NCBI GenBank assembly: GCA_963700285.1
Contig: CAVOXA010000010.1
Location: 1,184,001-1,248,000, forward strand
Source of the DNA: an uncultured Chloroflexia bacterium
GTDB taxonomy: Bacteria > Chloroflexota > Anaerolineae > JAAYZQ01
Length of the DNA stretch: 64,000 nt
Direction: 5' to 3'
In this document: one piece after another, positions 35,056 to 46,045 of the stretch
Layout: each line of letters opens with the position of its first letter
How positions within the stretch are numbered: position 1 is the first letter of the stretch
Position numbers and translations under genes: made by a program
The notes under the pieces: model-generated
Seen by the model: the letters and a program-made list of their open reading frames with translations, nothing else
Databases searched by the model: none
Told to the model about the DNA's origin: nothing

Positions 35056-36147
35056 ATGGCCTTGCTCGAAGTCACATCCGTCTCAAAAGCATACTCCGGC
35101 ACCGCTGTCCTGCACGACGTGTCCTTTCACGCGGACGAGGGCGAGATCGTCAGTCTGCTTGGCCCCAGCGGCTGTGGCAAGACGACGCTGTTGCGCATCG
35201 TCGCCGGGCTGGAAACTGCCGACAGCGGACAGGTCACCTTTGATGGCCGGGTGATGGACGGTGTGCCGGTCCACCACCGGGACTTTGGCCTGATGTTCCA
35301 GGACTATGCCCTCTTCCCCCACCAGGATGTGGTGGCCAATGTGGCCTTTGGCTTGCGGATGCAGGGCCTGCCCCGGGCACAAGTCGAGGCCCGTGTAGTC
35401 GAGATGCTGGATCTGGTTGGTCTGGCAGGCTACGAAGGCCGCCGCGTTTACGACCTTTCCGGTGGAGAGCAGCAGCGAGTGGCCCTGGCCCGCAGCCTGG
35501 CACCCGGGCCGCGCCTGTTGATGCTTGACGAACCGTTGGGATCCCTCGATCGTGCCCTGCGTGAGGAGCTGATGAACGAGTTGCGCAGTATCCTCAAAGG
35601 CGTGGGCCTGACGGCTGTCTATGTTACCCATGACCAACAGGAGGCCTTTGCCGTTGCCGACCGGGTGATTATCATGCACCAAGGGCGCATCGTCCAGCAG
35701 GGCACCCCCCAGGCCGTCTACCGCCAACCGGCCTCGCCCTGGGTGGCCCGGTTCTTGGGTCTGGGCAACTTGATCCCTGGTTGCGTTGCCGCCCTCGATC
35801 CACCCCGGATAGACACCGTCCTGGGCCCTCTTGCGCTTTGGGAAGCGCAGAACCTGGAGGTCGGCCGGGATGTGACCGTGCTTGTCCGCCCTCAGGCAGC
35901 CCACGTCGCGGAGGCAGACGCCGGTGAGGATGACATCATCCTTGAGGGCCAGGTACACGATTGCTCCTTCCGGGGAGGTTACTGCCGGTTGGTCGTAGAG
36001 CACGAGTCTGGTCTGACCCTGGCTTTTGATCTGCACTCCGACGTGACGCCCCTGCCCCAGCCCGGAGAGATGATCGCCCTGGCCCTGCGTTCAGAGGCCA
36101 TGAGTCTATTGCCGGAAGAGAGGGCCTCGGGAGGAGTTCTGCCGTGA
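35056..36147 (+). CDS. ABC transporter ATP-binding protein (ThiQ/PotA-like) with TOBE domain
   Basis: GPSGCGKT, FQDYALFPH, LSGGEQQR, LDEP and VTHDQ motifs. Confidence 0.92.
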   Translation: MALLEVTSVSKAYSGTAVLHDVSFHADEGEIVSLLGPSGCGKTTLLRIVAGLETADSGQVTFDGRVMDGVPVHHRDFGLMFQDYALFPHQDVVANVAFGLRMQGLPRAQVEARVVEMLDLVGLAGYEGRRVYDLSGGEQQRVALARSLAPGPRLLMLDEPLGSLDRALREELMNELRSILKGVGLTAVYVTHDQQEAFAVADRVIIMHQGRIVQQGTPQAVYRQPASPWVARFLGLGNLIPGCVAALDPPRIDTVLGPLALWEAQNLEVGRDVTVLVRPQAAHVAEADAGEDDIILEGQVHDCSFRGGYCRLVVEHESGLTLAFDLHSDVTPLPQPGEMIALALRSEAMSLLPEERASGGVLP

Positions 36148-36704
36148 AGGGCCCATTGCCAGCAGGCTCTGGCGACGATCCCATCACAGTGGAGGTGGTC
36201 CGCGATGGTCGCCTGCAGACACGGATCCACTGGGAATGGCACGGAGACCACATTCGCATCCGTGCTCCCCGCCGCATATCACAGCGTGACCTGGACCGCA
36301 ACGTGGCCCAGATTCTGGAGGAGGTCAAGCGCCGCCGCTCCCAGGTCCGCTCCCGGGCGGACGCCGACCTGGAGGCAATGGCGAGGCGCATCAACAGGTC
36401 GTATTTTGATGGCCAGATCGACTGGCACTCTGTCCGGTGGGTGGGCAACATGCGCAAGAGGTTGGGCAGTTGTAGCACCGGCGGCCCCACCGATGGCGAC
36501 ATCCGCATCAGCGACCGCATCAAGGGCTGGCCCCCATGGGTTATAGAGTACGTCGTCGCCCACGAGATGGTCCACCGCAAGCACCCCAACCATAGCAAAG
36601 AGTTCTGGACCTACTTGAGCCGCTACCCCAAGGCCGAGCGGGCTCGGGGCTTTATTCAAGGCGCGGCCTTCCAATTGGAGAAAGATCCTGAGGATTGGCT
36701 GTGA
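36144..36704 (+). CDS. YgjP/DUF45-like zinc metalloprotease-domain protein
   Basis: RLGSCS, YVVAHEMVH and NHSKEFW motifs. Confidence 0.85.
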   Translation: MKGPLPAGSGDDPITVEVVRDGRLQTRIHWEWHGDHIRIRAPRRISQRDLDRNVAQILEEVKRRRSQVRSRADADLEAMARRINRSYFDGQIDWHSVRWVGNMRKRLGSCSTGGPTDGDIRISDRIKGWPPWVIEYVVAHEMVHRKHPNHSKEFWTYLSRYPKAERARGFIQGAAFQLEKDPEDWL

Positions 36705-36788
36705 TCGCCCTGGCGCTCAGGGCCATTGCTGATGAGGGTCAGGCGAGTCCATAGAATCCTGCCAACGAGAGTTAGGCTCTTTCGCGGA

Positions 36789-39221
36789 TCATCGGGTTGG
36801 CGGGACTTGATAGATCAAGTATCGCTCGGGGATCCAGCCCAATCGTCCCCTGGGATCGATGACCTGGATCCAGGAGTAGCCATCGGCCTCGACCGGCCCG
36901 CCGGCAACGGCCAGCACTGTGCCATCACGCCATGCAGTAATCTTGGTTCCGCCCAAGCCTGGCTCGAGATACATCCACACGCCTTGTCCTCCCGTGCCGC
37001 CGACCCAGGCCGGGGCCGGCGTGGCGGTGGGCGTGGCTGTGGCTGTAGGCGTGGCCGTAAAGGTGGGGGTGGGGCTGTTGGTGTGTGTGGGCGTGGCGGT
37101 AGGGGTGACTGAGGGTGTTGGGCTTGGGGTCCAGGTAGACGTGAAGGTTGGGGTGGGAGTGGCGGTCTCTGTCACTCCCGGCAGTGGCGTCGCGGTGTGG
37201 GTAGGGCTTGGCGTGGCGGTCGGGGTGGCAGAGGGAGTAGGCGGTGCCAGTGCGTGTAGGTGCGTAGTCGGGATCACGGATAGTTGCAGCTCGACGGTCC
37301 TGCCCAGGCGGCTGGCCAATCCCTCCTGTAGCTCGACGACCTCCCGGTATGAGATGGCCCACGGTGAGCGCAGCCACAAATGCAGGCGGACAGTCTCGTC
37401 ATCGCTGTCCAACTGTTGCCAATTATCCAGCTCCACGCGGCCCAGGCGTTCCACGCCATCAAGGTTCATGGTCGTCACCTCCGCCTGAATCGCTTGGCTT
37501 AGTTCTTCATGAAAAATGGATCCACGTACTACCTGGCTGGAGAGGAGGGCCAGGGGGATCGTTACGGCTACCAGCAACAAGATCGTTCCAAGCATTCCTC
37601 CCCGAAAGATCATGGCCCGGGCCTGCCGGCCGGGAATGGGCCGGAAGCCCAGCCACAAGAAGACCATACCTCCTGCTGCGGCGATGGCCACCAGGTTGGT
37701 TAGGAATAGCAGCATCGCTCCGCTGGCAATCTTTTCCCCGCCGACGGTGGCCTGCCATAATGCTTCGCTGCCGATGCGGATCCCGGTGATCTGTACCAGC
37801 CACAGCCCCAGGCCGATGCCCACAGTTGCCAGGGGAGGCACCAAGGCCGCGGCGATAGCCACTCCCGGCAGCGAGGCCGATACTTCTTTGCGACACAGGG
37901 CGTACGCACCCGCGGCCCCTGAGGCCAGGGCCACGCCCAGGTCCAGCAAGTTGGGCTGTATGCGGCCCAGAATCTCGCTGGAAAGGTTGGCCCTCGGTAC
38001 CAGCATCCCATACAGAATGCCTGCCAGAAGGCCGATAACGATGGCCAGCAGCATCCCCTGCAGGGTCGCGGTAGCTGATCTCTTTAACATGCGCAGGTCT
38101 CCCCGCACCACCCCCAGGCTCAGCCCAAAGATAGTGGCCATCAGCGGGGCAACGAGCATCGCACCGATGATCACCGCCGGGCTGTTCAGCAGCAGGCCAA
38201 AGGAAGCGATGGCTGACGAAAGCGCCATCATTACAAAGAAATCGGCATCAGGCTGCGCTCCATCCCGGAGCGCCTTGTAGATCCCCGTCTGCTCGTGAAG
38301 GTCCAGCTTGGGCAGGATGTCAAAGATCCGCCACCCTGCCCGGCGCAGCCATTTGCCCATGCGCAAGCGGGGGGTTCGTCGCCTGACGATGATGGCTGGC
38401 GCGGGGCTGCGGGCCGCCACTGTTTGAGGAATATTGCCAAAAAGTACCCTGTCCACATAGCTTTCATGGCTGGCCCCAACCATCACCAGATCGTAGCCTT
38501 TGGCTGCCTCAGTCAGGATTCCCTTGATGGGCGTGGAAGATTGGACTACTTTGCCCTGGACCCGGGGCTCATCAATCCAAGGCTCCAGGATGTCCTCCAG
38601 TCGCTGCCTGCTCAGCGATAGGGCAACTTCCCCCTGGACATCGCGGGCCACGTTTATCGCCGTGACCTGTACCTGGGGGGAGAGGCAGAGAGCCAGGTCG
38701 ATGGCCATCGCCGCGTTGGGGCCGCCGCCCACCGGTACCAGGACGCGTTCAAAGGCCCCGGACGAATCCTCCAACGAGTGCTGGCCCCCCTCGGCTCGAA
38801 CCACAGCCACGTCACAAGGCGCATACTGGACAACCGGATCCAAGGTCCGGCCCAGCAGGTATCGCCCCCGCCCCCGGGCCCCGCGCCAGCCCAGCAGGAT
38901 CAGGTCAGGAAGAAGCTCGCGCGCCGCAGCCAGGATCTCGGTACCCGGGTCGCGCCCGGTCCGGACGAGGACATCCAGAGGGATGCCAGCGCATTGCTCT
39001 GGCGGTAAGAATCCCGCGGGTTGTTCTGTTTCGACTGATGTCTCTGGCTTGGCCCCGAGCCAGCTCGGGTGTTGCCCGTTCGTCGTCACGCTCAGGATCG
39101 TCACCCGGCCGCCACGGACCCCGGCCAACGCACAGCCTATCTCCAGCAGTGGGTGCAGTTGGTTCTCCGCACCCACTGCGGCCAGGATATGGTACCCGTT
39201 GTCTGTCTGATCTCGTGCCAT
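36789..39221 (-). CDS. 2xUSP - DUF389 (TIGR00341-like) membrane domain - Pro/Thr linker - SH3b fusion
   Basis: USP motifs (DLILLGW...APCDVAVV; VPVGGGPNA...LFGNIP); DUF389 motifs ([28 protein letters not shown]); C-terminal WIQV...GWIPERYL. Confidence 0.85.
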   Translation of the reverse strand: MARDQTDNGYHILAAVGAENQLHPLLEIGCALAGVRGGRVTILSVTTNGQHPSWLGAKPETSVETEQPAGFLPPEQCAGIPLDVLVRTGRDPGTEILAAARELLPDLILLGWRGARGRGRYLLGRTLDPVVQYAPCDVAVVRAEGGQHSLEDSSGAFERVLVPVGGGPNAAMAIDLALCLSPQVQVTAINVARDVQGEVALSLSRQRLEDILEPWIDEPRVQGKVVQSSTPIKGILTEAAKGYDLVMVGASHESYVDRVLFGNIPQTVAARSPAPAIIVRRRTPRLRMGKWLRRAGWRIFDILPKLDLHEQTGIYKALRDGAQPDADFFVMMALSSAIASFGLLLNSPAVIIGAMLVAPLMATIFGLSLGVVRGDLRMLKRSATATLQGMLLAIVIGLLAGILYGMLVPRANLSSEILGRIQPNLLDLGVALASGAAGAYALCRKEVSASLPGVAIAAALVPPLATVGIGLGLWLVQITGIRIGSEALWQATVGGEKIASGAMLLFLTNLVAIAAAGGMVFLWLGFRPIPGRQARAMIFRGGMLGTILLLVAVTIPLALLSSQVVRGSIFHEELSQAIQAEVTTMNLDGVERLGRVELDNWQQLDSDDETVRLHLWLRSPWAISYREVVELQEGLASRLGRTVELQLSVIPTTHLHALAPPTPSATPTATPSPTHTATPLPGVTETATPTPTFTSTWTPSPTPSVTPTATPTHTNSPTPTFTATPTATATPTATPAPAWVGGTGGQGVWMYLEPGLGGTKITAWRDGTVLAVAGGPVEADGYSWIQVIDPRGRLGWIPERYLIYQVPPTR

Positions 39222-39232
39222 TTAGAGTTTGC

Positions 39233-39658
39233 TCAGAGGATATAGCTCTTGATGCCCGTGTCCTCTTCGATCCGTGCCGTCAGATCCTCCAGATCCGTCA
39301 TGGTGAAAGAGCTGTCGGGGCCCACTGGCCGGCCAAAGGCGATGGCGTCGGCCCCTTCGTCACGGGCAGCAGATTCCAGTGCCTCGATCAGAGGACCGTG
39401 GCGCAAAACACCTTGGGCCTGAACATCTTTGGCGGCTGCTCGTTCGCAGGCCAAGGCCAGGAGGAATTCCCCCATATGCTCCATCTCTGTGATCACCACG
39501 TCAGGGCGCACTCCTCGGGCCGTCAGCCTGAGGAACTCTACGTCCACGATGTAGAGAAAGAGAATGCTGGCCCCAGCTTTTTTGGCCATGGCAATGACCT
39601 CGTCCTGGGTCCTAGTACTTGCCTCGCCACCCCGAGTGGCACACAAGATCTTTTTCAT
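39233..39658 (-). CDS. Universal stress protein
   Basis: MKKILCATRGG...FLYIVD...ADAIAFGRP; 141 aa. Confidence 0.85.
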   Translation of the reverse strand: MKKILCATRGGEASTRTQDEVIAMAKKAGASILFLYIVDVEFLRLTARGVRPDVVITEMEHMGEFLLALACERAAAKDVQAQGVLRHGPLIEALESAARDEGADAIAFGRPVGPDSSFTMTDLEDLTARIEEDTGIKSYIL

Positions 39659-39740
39659 GATACGCTCCCAAACGAGGCACAAGCCTCAAAGATTAGAGCA
39701 CATTCCCCGATATTCCAATCTCCAATCTCCCTGTCCCTGG

Positions 39741-41480
39741 TCAAAAGCGAATGAACAACCAAATCGTACCAATGGTCACGGTGATCAGCATGATTGGTAG
39801 CCCAACCTTCAACCAGCTCATGTAGGATATCTTGTAGCCAGCTCGCTCAGAGATACCAGCAGTAACCAGGTTCGGTGAGGAGCCGATCAGTGTACTGTTG
39901 CCGCCCATGGCCGAGCCGATGGACAATCCGTACCACAGCACGTTGTTGCCAGCGCCGGGTATGGTGAGACTCAGGTAATCGATTACAGGCAACATGGTTG
40001 CTGTGAATGGGATGTTGTCGATCACTCCTGACAACAAGGCCGCCGACCAGACCACGACCAGCGTGGCCAGCGTCAGGTTGCTACCCACCAGGTTGCTGAT
40101 GCCCGTGGCGATAAGGCTGATCAGTCCCACCTCCTGTAGTGCGCCAACAGAGATAAACAGTGCGATGAAAAACACCAACGTCGTCCAATCCACAACCTTG
40201 AGCATCTCTTCGACGTCGGGAGTCACCAAGATGAGCATGGCCACCGCGCCCAAGATGGCCGTCACAGCAGGGTCCAGGCCAATGGCATCGCCGGCGACAA
40301 ACAGCACCAGCATCGCGCCAAAGATGATCCCCGCTTTGCGCAATCGATTCGGCTGGGTGATACGCCCAGCCTCCTTCAGCCGCTCGCGCATGGCCTCAGA
40401 AAGCCGGCTGCCTGCTTCCCTGTACGCCTTGCGATAGCGCAGAACCACATACAGGGTGAGTGCGATCAGGGCGGCCACCACGCCGGGAGTCAGATTGACG
40501 AGGAAATCGTTAAAGCCCAGCCCTGCGTAGGCGCCGATAAGGATGTTCGTTGGCGTACCGATCAGGGTACTAATGCCTCCGACGTTGGAGGCCAGCGCTT
40601 CGGGGATAAGCAATGCCAGGGGATTGAGCCCCACCGTGAGGGCAATCTGGATGGTGATGGGCGCCATGAGCAGCATGGTGGTTACATTGTCCAGCAGCGC
40701 CGAGGCTATGGAGGTTATGGCCATCAAGATGGTGACCAGAAGCCACAGCCTGCCCGCCGACAGGCGGTAGGCCTGGTAGGCCATCCACTGAAAGATGCCG
40801 GTCTCTTCGATCACGGCTATGACGATCATCATGCCCATCACCAAAAAGATTACGTCAAAGTCCACGTACGACAGCGCCTGTTCGAAGGAAAAGATATAGA
40901 AACTGGGGTTGAAAGCGCCGCCAATCAGGCTGATGCCCAGCACCATGGCCACTCCCAGGAGCGCCGCCGTGGTTTTGTGCAGTTTCTCCAGGGCAATGAG
41001 GACCAGGACCAGGACAAAGGAGAAGGTTGCTACCCAAAAGCCAATAGAAAAGGCTCTCTCCATTTGGATGTCGTCCAGGCGGACAGAGCCGCCGATATTG
41101 AGCTGAGCGATCTCTTCCGGTGGAAGGTGTATCTCTGTGGTCTTGTAGTGAGGCCGAGTGATTTCGACGATCACGCTTTGATAGCCAGCCTGAGGCAGGT
41201 CTAGCAAAAAGCTACCATCCTCCTGGCTGGAGGTCTTGGCTGCAGGTTCATGAGCCCCGTTTACCAGGGCCGCTATCTCGGCCTCGTAGACTGCTTCGCC
41301 TAGTGGATCCACCAGCCGGCCAGACACGCTCGCGCCGTCTGGATCAGACTCGACCTTGGCTTCTGCCCGAATCAGGGGGGGGAGATAATCAGTACACAAG
41401 AACAGCCCCAGAACCAGGACCAGAAGGACCAGAATCAGCCGGCGCAAGCCTCTTGCCTGCCTTGCCAATCGCTTGAACAT
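39741..41480 (-). CDS. ArsB/NhaD (IT superfamily) anion transporter with extracellular carboxypeptidase-regulatory-like domain
   Basis: LDNVTT, SNVGG..TLIGTPTN, IDNIP and MGGNSTLIGSSPN motifs; N-terminal VSGRLVD...DGSF beta-sandwich. Confidence 0.87.
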   Translation of the reverse strand: MFKRLARQARGLRRLILVLLVLVLGLFLCTDYLPPLIRAEAKVESDPDGASVSGRLVDPLGEAVYEAEIAALVNGAHEPAAKTSSQEDGSFLLDLPQAGYQSVIVEITRPHYKTTEIHLPPEEIAQLNIGGSVRLDDIQMERAFSIGFWVATFSFVLVLVLIALEKLHKTTAALLGVAMVLGISLIGGAFNPSFYIFSFEQALSYVDFDVIFLVMGMMIVIAVIEETGIFQWMAYQAYRLSAGRLWLLVTILMAITSIASALLDNVTTMLLMAPITIQIALTVGLNPLALLIPEALASNVGGISTLIGTPTNILIGAYAGLGFNDFLVNLTPGVVAALIALTLYVVLRYRKAYREAGSRLSEAMRERLKEAGRITQPNRLRKAGIIFGAMLVLFVAGDAIGLDPAVTAILGAVAMLILVTPDVEEMLKVVDWTTLVFFIALFISVGALQEVGLISLIATGISNLVGSNLTLATLVVVWSAALLSGVIDNIPFTATMLPVIDYLSLTIPGAGNNVLWYGLSIGSAMGGNSTLIGSSPNLVTAGISERAGYKISYMSWLKVGLPIMLITVTIGTIWLFIRF

Positions 41481-42014
41481 CAATACCTCTGCTTTCAGAA
41501 GAACCCAGTGCAAGAGAATACGGACTTTGACGCCCACTTCTGGCTTCCTGGTCGATATTCGATCTCCGCCACTATAGGTCTATGATGAGAACCCCAGCGC
41601 GCAAGATGGCTAGGCCATACAGCTTGCGTTGCTTCATAGAGTGCCTCCTGGCAACTCATTCAGCCTGCGCGGGCCAGTATACCCCAACAGACTGATCTGG
41701 GCAATGCGGCGCTGTCCATTGTATCATAGTTCGACTACCGGTCCAAGCATTGGATCTGACCGCAAATCCATGGTTCTTACCCCATGGCGCCAAGACCGCA
41801 GTTCCGTTTCGGCCGAAAGTGGTGAACTTCTGATCCAGTCCGTCCAATCTACCACTTGCGATTTCTCACGCTTTCTGGTAAAATACAAGGCGAAGCGAGG
41901 ATTTTGGGGGTACCGGCTTACATACACCAGCCAGGTTTTCCTCCAAAATGCCGAGTAAGAATCCAAGACTGTTCGGTGACTTGCGACATCTAGAAAGAGA
42001 TGTGACGACGAGAG

Positions 42015-43973
42015 ATGGAACAGCAATCTGGATGGGCCGGGCAGCGCCCGGCAACTGAGCCGCAGGTAGAAGATCGATCCCCCCAGTCAGTCTCCTGGGC
42101 CCCGTTGCCGCGGCCACCTTCCTGGTACGCCAGACCAAAGAATGGTGTTGCTTGGGAGCTGACCTTTGCCCTGCTGCTCGTAGCGGTCCTCATCAGTGTG
42201 ATAGCTGGTTTGTTCATGTTAGAGTTGTGGTGGGCTGACCGGATAGTGCCTGGCGTCCGTGTCCTGGATGTGGATCTGGGCGGGTTGACCCGTGACCAGG
42301 CAAGGGAGCGCTTGGCAACCAGCTTCTACTATCCGCCTGACCGGATCCCGACCCTCCGCTATGGCAACCTGTCCTGGTCTGTAGATCCGGCGGAGCTGGG
42401 CGTCCAACTGGACGTCAATACAACGGCGGATGCTGCCCTGGCCGTGGGCCATCGTGGCGATCTGACGATGCACTTTCGGGAGCAGATCGAGATCCTGCGC
42501 AACGGACACGATGTGGACCCTGTCCTTTCCGCAGCTCCTGGTGCTGGGGCCATGTTCCTCAGCCGCATTGCCCGGGAGATCAACCATCCGTCTCGGAATG
42601 CGACCCTCCAGATGGACGACGCTCTGAGGGTGGAGGTCATTCCCGCTCAAATGGGGCGTGAAGTCGATGAGGCCACCACGCAGCAGGCCCTGGTCCAGCG
42701 CGTCATCGATATGGAGGGCGGCGATGTGGAGTTGGTCATCCACGAGAGCCAGCCCCTGCTGACAGATCTGATCGCTACCGAGGACAAGGTAAATCTTATC
42801 CTCAGCGAGCCTCTTATCCTGACGGCGCCCGAGTTCGAGCCGTGGACCATCGAGCCGGAGGATCTGGCCGACTGGCTGATCTTTCAGCCCTCGGTCGACC
42901 AAGAGGGGCAGGCTACTCTGGAGGTCAGCCTGGATCTCGGGCCGGCTTTTTCCCTTGTAGAGGAGATTGCCGCCCAGGTAGCGCGCAATCCCAAGGACGC
43001 CCGTTTCCGCTACGATGTGGCCAACGACCGGGTGACCCCCGTCGTCCAGAGTATCGTCGGCCAGACGTTGGATGTTACGACGACCGTGTCCCTGATCGAG
43101 CGTGCTGCCACCAGTGAGCAGCGCGTCGTTCCCCTTCCACTGGTGGCCATTCCACCGTCGATTGCCACCACAGATGTACCCGATGTGGCCAGCTTTGATC
43201 TGATCGGTGAAGGGACAAGCAACTTTGCCGGGTCAACGGCGGCGAGGATTCAAAACATCGGCGTCGGAGCTGCCCAGTTCGATGGGGTGCTCGTCGCCCC
43301 GGGCCAGACTTTTTCCTTCAATCGCTATCTTGGTGAAGTGAGTGCCGAGAAGGGCTATGCGGAGAGCATTATCATCTGGGGCAACGAGACCCGGACAGAC
43401 GTTGGCGGGGGTCTATGCCAGGTATCGTCCACCGCCTTCCGGGCCGCCTTTTGGGCCGGTGTACCCATTACAGAACGTACGCCCCACCTGTTTCGTGTAA
43501 GCTACTACGAGCCGCCCAGGGGTATGGATGCTACTATCTACTCGCCCTACACCGACTTCAAGTGGGTCAATGACACAGAAGAGTTTATCCTCATCCGGAC
43601 TTTTATGGACAACGCCAACAAGAATCTGACCTTCCGTTTCTTTGGCGCGGACTCGGGTCGTACCGTCGAGATGGATGGCCCCCACGAGAGCCGGATCATA
43701 AAACCGCCCCCGCCGCTCAATCGACCCACCTCGACGCTGTTCCAGGGCCAGAAGAGGCAGATCGAGTGGGGCAAAGACGGCATGGACGTGACGGTCTATC
43801 GCACTGTCAAGGAGAACGGCAAGGAGGTGCGGCAGGACGAGTTCTTTAGCCGCTACAAACCCTGGCAGGCGGTTTACCTGGTGGGGACAAAGGAAGTGCC
43901 AACCCCGGTTCCGACTCCGGCGCTACCCCCAGAGCCCACACCAGAGCCCACTGAAGCGTCCACAGGGGGATAG
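42015..43973 (+). CDS. VanW-family protein with peptidoglycan-binding (PG_binding_4/YoaR-like) domains
   Basis: N-terminal TM helix, DLGGLTRDQA, FSFN..LG, GGGLCQVSST and G.DATIY motifs. Confidence 0.9.
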   Translation: MEQQSGWAGQRPATEPQVEDRSPQSVSWAPLPRPPSWYARPKNGVAWELTFALLLVAVLISVIAGLFMLELWWADRIVPGVRVLDVDLGGLTRDQARERLATSFYYPPDRIPTLRYGNLSWSVDPAELGVQLDVNTTADAALAVGHRGDLTMHFREQIEILRNGHDVDPVLSAAPGAGAMFLSRIAREINHPSRNATLQMDDALRVEVIPAQMGREVDEATTQQALVQRVIDMEGGDVELVIHESQPLLTDLIATEDKVNLILSEPLILTAPEFEPWTIEPEDLADWLIFQPSVDQEGQATLEVSLDLGPAFSLVEEIAAQVARNPKDARFRYDVANDRVTPVVQSIVGQTLDVTTTVSLIERAATSEQRVVPLPLVAIPPSIATTDVPDVASFDLIGEGTSNFAGSTAARIQNIGVGAAQFDGVLVAPGQTFSFNRYLGEVSAEKGYAESIIIWGNETRTDVGGGLCQVSSTAFRAAFWAGVPITERTPHLFRVSYYEPPRGMDATIYSPYTDFKWVNDTEEFILIRTFMDNANKNLTFRFFGADSGRTVEMDGPHESRIIKPPPPLNRPTSTLFQGQKRQIEWGKDGMDVTVYRTVKENGKEVRQDEFFSRYKPWQAVYLVGTKEVPTPVPTPALPPEPTPEPTEASTGG

Positions 43974-43990
43974 GATCCCAGAACACAGCC

Positions 43991-44026
43991 AGAGCGCCTT
44001 GCTTGAGATGAGCAAGGCGCTCTTTT
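43991..44026 (+). terminator. Intrinsic terminator after the VanW gene
   Basis: AGAGCGCCTTGCT-7 nt-AGCAAGGCGCTCT followed by TTT. Confidence 0.85.
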
Positions 44027-44137
44027 GTCACCAACAAGGCCATCGATTGTCGCGTGACCCCGATCTCTCGCCCTACCTGTCCCGAGTTTATCCCAGGCCC
44101 GCGAGGGACCTGCGGGGCAAAGTGATGTCAAAGGAGC

Positions 44138-44725
44138 CTATTGCGCGACTTGCAGGCTCCGGCGCCGCACCACGAGACCCGCAGCCAGGAGCGCTGCCCC
44201 GATTAGGAACAAGCCGCCGATGATGATCGGTGTTGGCAGGTCAATGCCCGTGCCGGGGGGCAGGCCTTCGTAGCAGCCGGGGTTGTCCGGGTCAATGGGG
44301 CAGGTCCCGTCCTGATGCAACAGGCGGACGCGGTACTTCCAATTGCCCTCCTCGCTCTCCAGACAATCGCAGCACATCTGGTACACGATCTCAGTCTGCC
44401 CATTGTCCTGCCAATCTACTTCCACTGCCAGGGCGGGACATACGTTCTGCTCGACATCGGCTTCTGCGAGCAGGCATGCATCGTCTTGGCCACAGCAATC
44501 CGTGCAGTCGCTATGCTCCAGGATGATGGGCTGGCAGCCGGTGCCGGCCCGGTTGAGATCTTCCAAGGAACGGTTGATGATCACGTAGAAAGGTGGCGCC
44601 TCGGGGATGCAATCCTTGGACATCTCTGGGTCATCGGGGCATGGACCGCTGGCCTGTACGGTCAATGGTATGAGTAACAGAACAAGCACCAGGACCAACG
44701 CTGAGATCCTCAATGTGGAACGCAT
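44138..44725 (-). CDS. Secreted Cys-rich protein with sortase-type C-terminal signal
   Basis: Signal peptide ending VQA, 13 Cys, then LPPGTG + hydrophobic helix + RRR tail; AAGGAGG RBS. Confidence 0.8.
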   Translation of the reverse strand: MRSTLRISALVLVLVLLLIPLTVQASGPCPDDPEMSKDCIPEAPPFYVIINRSLEDLNRAGTGCQPIILEHSDCTDCCGQDDACLLAEADVEQNVCPALAVEVDWQDNGQTEIVYQMCCDCLESEEGNWKYRVRLLHQDGTCPIDPDNPGCYEGLPPGTGIDLPTPIIIGGLFLIGAALLAAGLVVRRRSLQVAQ

Positions 44726-44776
44726 CGGATTACCTCCTTGTTCGGGATGCCTGGCCCCTGCACAAGGCCGTTCTCC

Positions 44777-46045
44777 CTACTTGCCCGTCTCGTCGAGATC
44801 CGCCAGATAACGCCGGATTTCGGAGCGCATCTCCTCGTCCTCAGCGGTGGCCAGGGCCTGTTCAAGTGCGGCTATGGCCTCCACTGGTTGGTCCAGTACC
44901 CTATAGGCCAAGCCCAGGTAAAAGTGCGCCTGGCTATAGCTGCCATCCAGTGCAACCGCCCGGCTCAAGTGTGCCAGCGCTAGGCGAAATTGACGCGCCT
45001 CCAACTCTACAGCTCCCAGCACTGTGTAGGCCGGTGCTGAGGTATCATCGTAGCGCAGAACCTGCTGGGCCGCTGCCGCGGCCTTGGCCGACTGGCCCGT
45101 CTCATAATAGCCGATAGCCATGTTGACCAGTGTGCTGGGCTGCGGCTCCCCAAAGGCCACAGCCTGGCGGTAGTGGGTCAGCGCTTCGTCGGTCTCATGA
45201 ATGGCCTGCAGGCTCAGTCCAAGGTTGTGCTCGATAGCACTCGTACCCGGCTCCAGTGCCAATGCTTGTCGAAAGGCGGCGATGGCCTTTTCGTGATCCC
45301 CTTGCTCGGCATGGACCAGACCCAGATTGTTGTGTATCTCGGCCCAGTCGGGTGCAAGGGTCCTGGCTGCCTCAAAAGACTGCTCCGCAAGCTCCATCTG
45401 TCCCTGTCCGAAATAGAAGGTACCGAGGGCGAGAGGGGGGTTGGCGTCGTCCGGGGCCAGGTCGCTGGCCCATGTCCAAGCCTGGACTGCGCATGGGCCA
45501 TAGGTCTGCGCCCCCACATCTCCCCTGGCCCACTGGCTGCATAACTGTCCAAGCCCCATGGGTGCAAGCGAAAGCACCCTCCGGACAGGGGATAAGCTCA
45601 GGGCCAGGCTGGCTGCCAAACACAGCAGCAATACAATGGCGCTCAACCCTGCCAGCTTTGCCAGGACTTTCTGGTATCCCTGAGATCGACGCTGGCTGGA
45701 CACTTTTTGGAGGTCGGCGCGACGCAAGAACCTGACTTCACAGCGGCTGAGCGCTTTCAAGGTCACATCACTGGGGCGATTTTCACCCAGCATGTCATCA
45801 CCAAAAGTGCTGCCTGGATTCAGAACTGCCACCTGCTGGCCGGTTCTCCACGAGTCAGCATAAGCGCCTGCCTGGCCTTTTGTGATCAGTCCCCAAAAAA
45901 CGGCACGGGCCCGAAGTGGCAGGATAACCTCGCCTGGGGAGTAGGTGTGGGTGCGTATCTGGCCCGTTAGGTAGGATAAATCAGCTGATTTCAGGCCCCA
46001 AGGGATGGCCAGCCGGTCCAACTGCTGGCGAATGACATCCTGCAT
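44777..46045 (-). CDS. cNMP-binding domain - TM - TPR protein
   Basis: YSPGEVI...LITKGQ...LNPGSTFGD...VTLKALS (degenerate cNMP domain), a TM helix and multiple TPRs (HNNLG, AHFYLG). Start codon uncertain. Confidence 0.8.
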   Translation of the reverse strand: MQDVIRQQLDRLAIPWGLKSADLSYLTGQIRTHTYSPGEVILPLRARAVFWGLITKGQAGAYADSWRTGQQVAVLNPGSTFGDDMLGENRPSDVTLKALSRCEVRFLRRADLQKVSSQRRSQGYQKVLAKLAGLSAIVLLLCLAASLALSLSPVRRVLSLAPMGLGQLCSQWARGDVGAQTYGPCAVQAWTWASDLAPDDANPPLALGTFYFGQGQMELAEQSFEAARTLAPDWAEIHNNLGLVHAEQGDHEKAIAAFRQALALEPGTSAIEHNLGLSLQAIHETDEALTHYRQAVAFGEPQPSTLVNMAIGYYETGQSAKAAAAAQQVLRYDDTSAPAYTVLGAVELEARQFRLALAHLSRAVALDGSYSQAHFYLGLAYRVLDQPVEAIAALEQALATAEDEEMRSEIRRYLADLDETGK

